A stretch of 63,863 nucleotides of DNA, filler included, from Octopus bimaculoides (taxonomy: Eukaryota), in NCBI RefSeq assembly GCF_001194135.2. It is 8 parts of 8 records of this genome, joined end to end, with 100 filler letters (N's around TTAATTAATTAA, not from the genome) between each part and the next. Parts side by side here need not be neighbours in the genome. Positions count along the whole stretch, not along the records: positions 48,764 to 62,480 come from NC_068987.1; positions 62,581 to 63,863 come from NW_026418206.1; 6 more parts are not named here. One strand, given 5' to 3'. Below are positions 61,710-63,863 of this stretch, one piece after another. The notes under the pieces were generated by a model that searched no databases, was not told the DNA's origin, and saw nothing but the letters and a program-made list of their open reading frames with translations. The stretch's first letter is position 1. Each line of letters begins with the position of its first letter. The translations under genes were made by a program, and so were the position numbers.

Positions 61710-62170
61710 TATAAGCCTTCTGACTATCTCAGTGTATGGCATGCAGTTTGTGTTACAGACACATACCAGAATATCAAGTACAAAGAAAACATTCTCATCT
61801 CCAACTGCTACCACCATGAACTTCAGCGCAGATCGAAGATACTTGAAATTTTTAGGCCTCAGAGATGAGAGGTCTTTCAGGGTCAGAAGCTTTGTACAGG
61901 ATCACAAAATCGAGGCAACTATTTATATTCTGTCACCAGATTTGAAAATGATGTTTCATTAGCTGCATATGCTTCCAACATATTTTAGCAGGCAAATACA
62001 CTCCTGTCCTTCGAATTGAATGTCAAAATCCGATGTACAGACATTACACTCACTTTCCGCTAGCGAATGTCTTCCAACATCTTCTGTAATGTGTTATGAC
62101 AACAGGCTAATTGTGCAGAAACTATTTCGTTACACTTGCTGTTAATTTGCGTGAGCGCTGCCGAAGAATC
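61710..62170 (-). mobile_element. Possible old RTE/L2-type LINE fragment
   Basis: LLKYVGSICS resembles FKYLGS; otherwise very degraded. Confidence 0.35.
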
Positions 62171-62582
62171 CAAAGCAATAAATTAATATAAGTTTCGTTC
62201 GCAAGTGTATCATACATCAAATATCACACTATTCAAAATGGCAGTAAATGTTGTTGTAGCATTTATGCGTGCTCAGAGTCAGATGAGATGCGTTCAAACA
62301 TCATAGACATAGTTTGAGTTATTGTTACATTAGAACCAACAATATGTGTAGAGGTAGAAAATCTGATCCTTTAAAAATCTACAAAACACGAGCTGTGAAT
62401 ACACACACATACACGCACCAATACACAAACACACACATGCATATGAGTGTATGTTTATGTATATATATATATATATATATNNNNNNNNNNNNNNNNNNNN
62501 NNNNNNNNNNNNNNNNNNNNNNNNTTAATTAATTAANNNNNNNNNNNNNNNNNNNNNNNNNNNNNNNNNNNNNNNNNNNNTG

Positions 62583-63760
62583 ATGATTTTCAAGAAAAGG
62601 AAATTGGAATTTCTATTGAAAAGTTTTTTCTGTCTATTAAAAAAAAGACATGCAGAAGTTGCACAACATAAAAATGGTGAAGCTGTCTGTGCTGATACAG
62701 AAGCTGCAACTAATTATCCTGAGCAGCAGCTAAAGAAAATGATTGCTGAAGAAGGCTACACACCAGGGTAAGTATACAATGTTGATGAAATTGCACTTTT
62801 CTGGAAGTGCATGCCGGCTATAACTTTTGTTTTTGAAGTAAAAAAAAATCAAGCTTTTTAAGCTTCTAAAAATTCATCTGATGCTTCTTCTGGGGGGAAA
62901 TGACGCTGGAGAATATAAAACTAAAGCCCTTACATGTGTTATGCAAAATTTAATCTCTATTTTGGAATTCAAATAAGAAAGCATGAATAATTAAGAGCTT
63001 TTTTGAAGAGTAGTTTACAAATATTTTTAGTTCTACAGCAGAAAGGTACAGTGCCAAACATAACATTTCCAACAAATTATTATCATTTTAGACAGTGCAT
63101 TAAGTTTTCTGATAATGTGAGAATAGAATATATCCCCAGGAATATAACTTTTGTGATAGCTAATTTCAAGGCATATTACCTGAAAAGAATGTTCAACCAA
63201 CTTAAGAAAGCAACTGACATAGAGATAAACACATAGTTAGAGATTTCTAGAAGAAATTCAACATGGATGTTTTGGATAAAATAGCTGAATCATAACAGGA
63301 AATGAAACCCTCAAGTTTGAAAGATGCTTCAAAAAAATATATGGTCAAACTGTGTCCATGATTTTCCAACTTTTCCACAAGCTGAACATCTATATCAAAT
63401 TTGGAAAGATGTGATACTTGAAAATGATGAAGGGTTTGGATAAGTCATAGAAGATGATGTGGTTGAGTTTTTAGTGTCCTACATAGTGTACCTAACAAGA
63501 AACTGATGCTGTTAGAACAAAAGCAAGCTGAGAATACAGAAATTCCAAAATCTCCACATAAATGAACTACAAACAATATTGCTAAAGTGTCAACACATAT
63601 AAAGAAAGGATAGTAAGATTTTGTTGATGACAACCTTAATTGTGAACATAAGAATTACAAGAGGAAATTACAATGAGCTCAGTGTCTACAATGAGCAGTA
63701 CAAAGATGATGTGCCATAAACATCAAACAATTTTCAATAAGTTCTTTACTTCTCAAGATA
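62583..63760 (+). mobile_element. Tigger/pogo DDE transposase pseudogene
   Basis: GEAVCADTEAATNYPEQQLKKMIAEEGYTPG.VYNVDEIALFWKCMP; EYIPRNIT..IANFKAYYLKR. Confidence 0.88.
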
Positions 63761-63863
63761 GTGATGGTGAATTATATTATAAAATAAAAGATAGCATCAC
63801 TCTCATTTCAACACCACCACCATCCCTCACACAGTAGCCAACAGTTTTTGTGGTAGGAACATA

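Overview
AT-rich, gappy eukaryotic draft-assembly window saturated with microsatellites and transposon fossils. The repeat repertoire looks like an octopus (coleoid cephalopod) genome; that is inference from pattern recognition, not a database result. Almost all of the supplied ORF track is artefact (microsatellites, N runs, antisense TE sequence). I can support: (1) fossil retroelements: R4/Dong-like RLE LINEs beside (AAT)n arrays, a near-full-length RTE, three Penelope-like (PLE) fragments and several tRNA-derived SINE families; (2) mariner and Tigger/pogo DNA transposon fossils; (3) a minus-strand host gene missed by the ORF track, with phase-compatible exons at 53037-53249, 15094-15206 and 9905-9980, encoding an unidentified protein with a hydrophobic N-terminus; (4) most interesting, several unrelated families of minimal type I hammerhead ribozyme (HHR) motifs. 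The best is a ~310-bp element with a tRNA-like Pol III head, an internal (AAT)n tract and an HHR tail. It occurs in three copies, two joined head-to-head and showing a compensatory base-pair change in stem I. It is a candidate Penelope-dependent, ribozyme-bearing SINE/retrozyme. Assembly artefacts are also present (100-bp gaps with a TTAATTAATTAA linker, an Illumina adapter remnant, a duplicated gap flank). No CRISPR array, rRNA or intact tRNA gene found. TE boundaries are approximate (read by eye).
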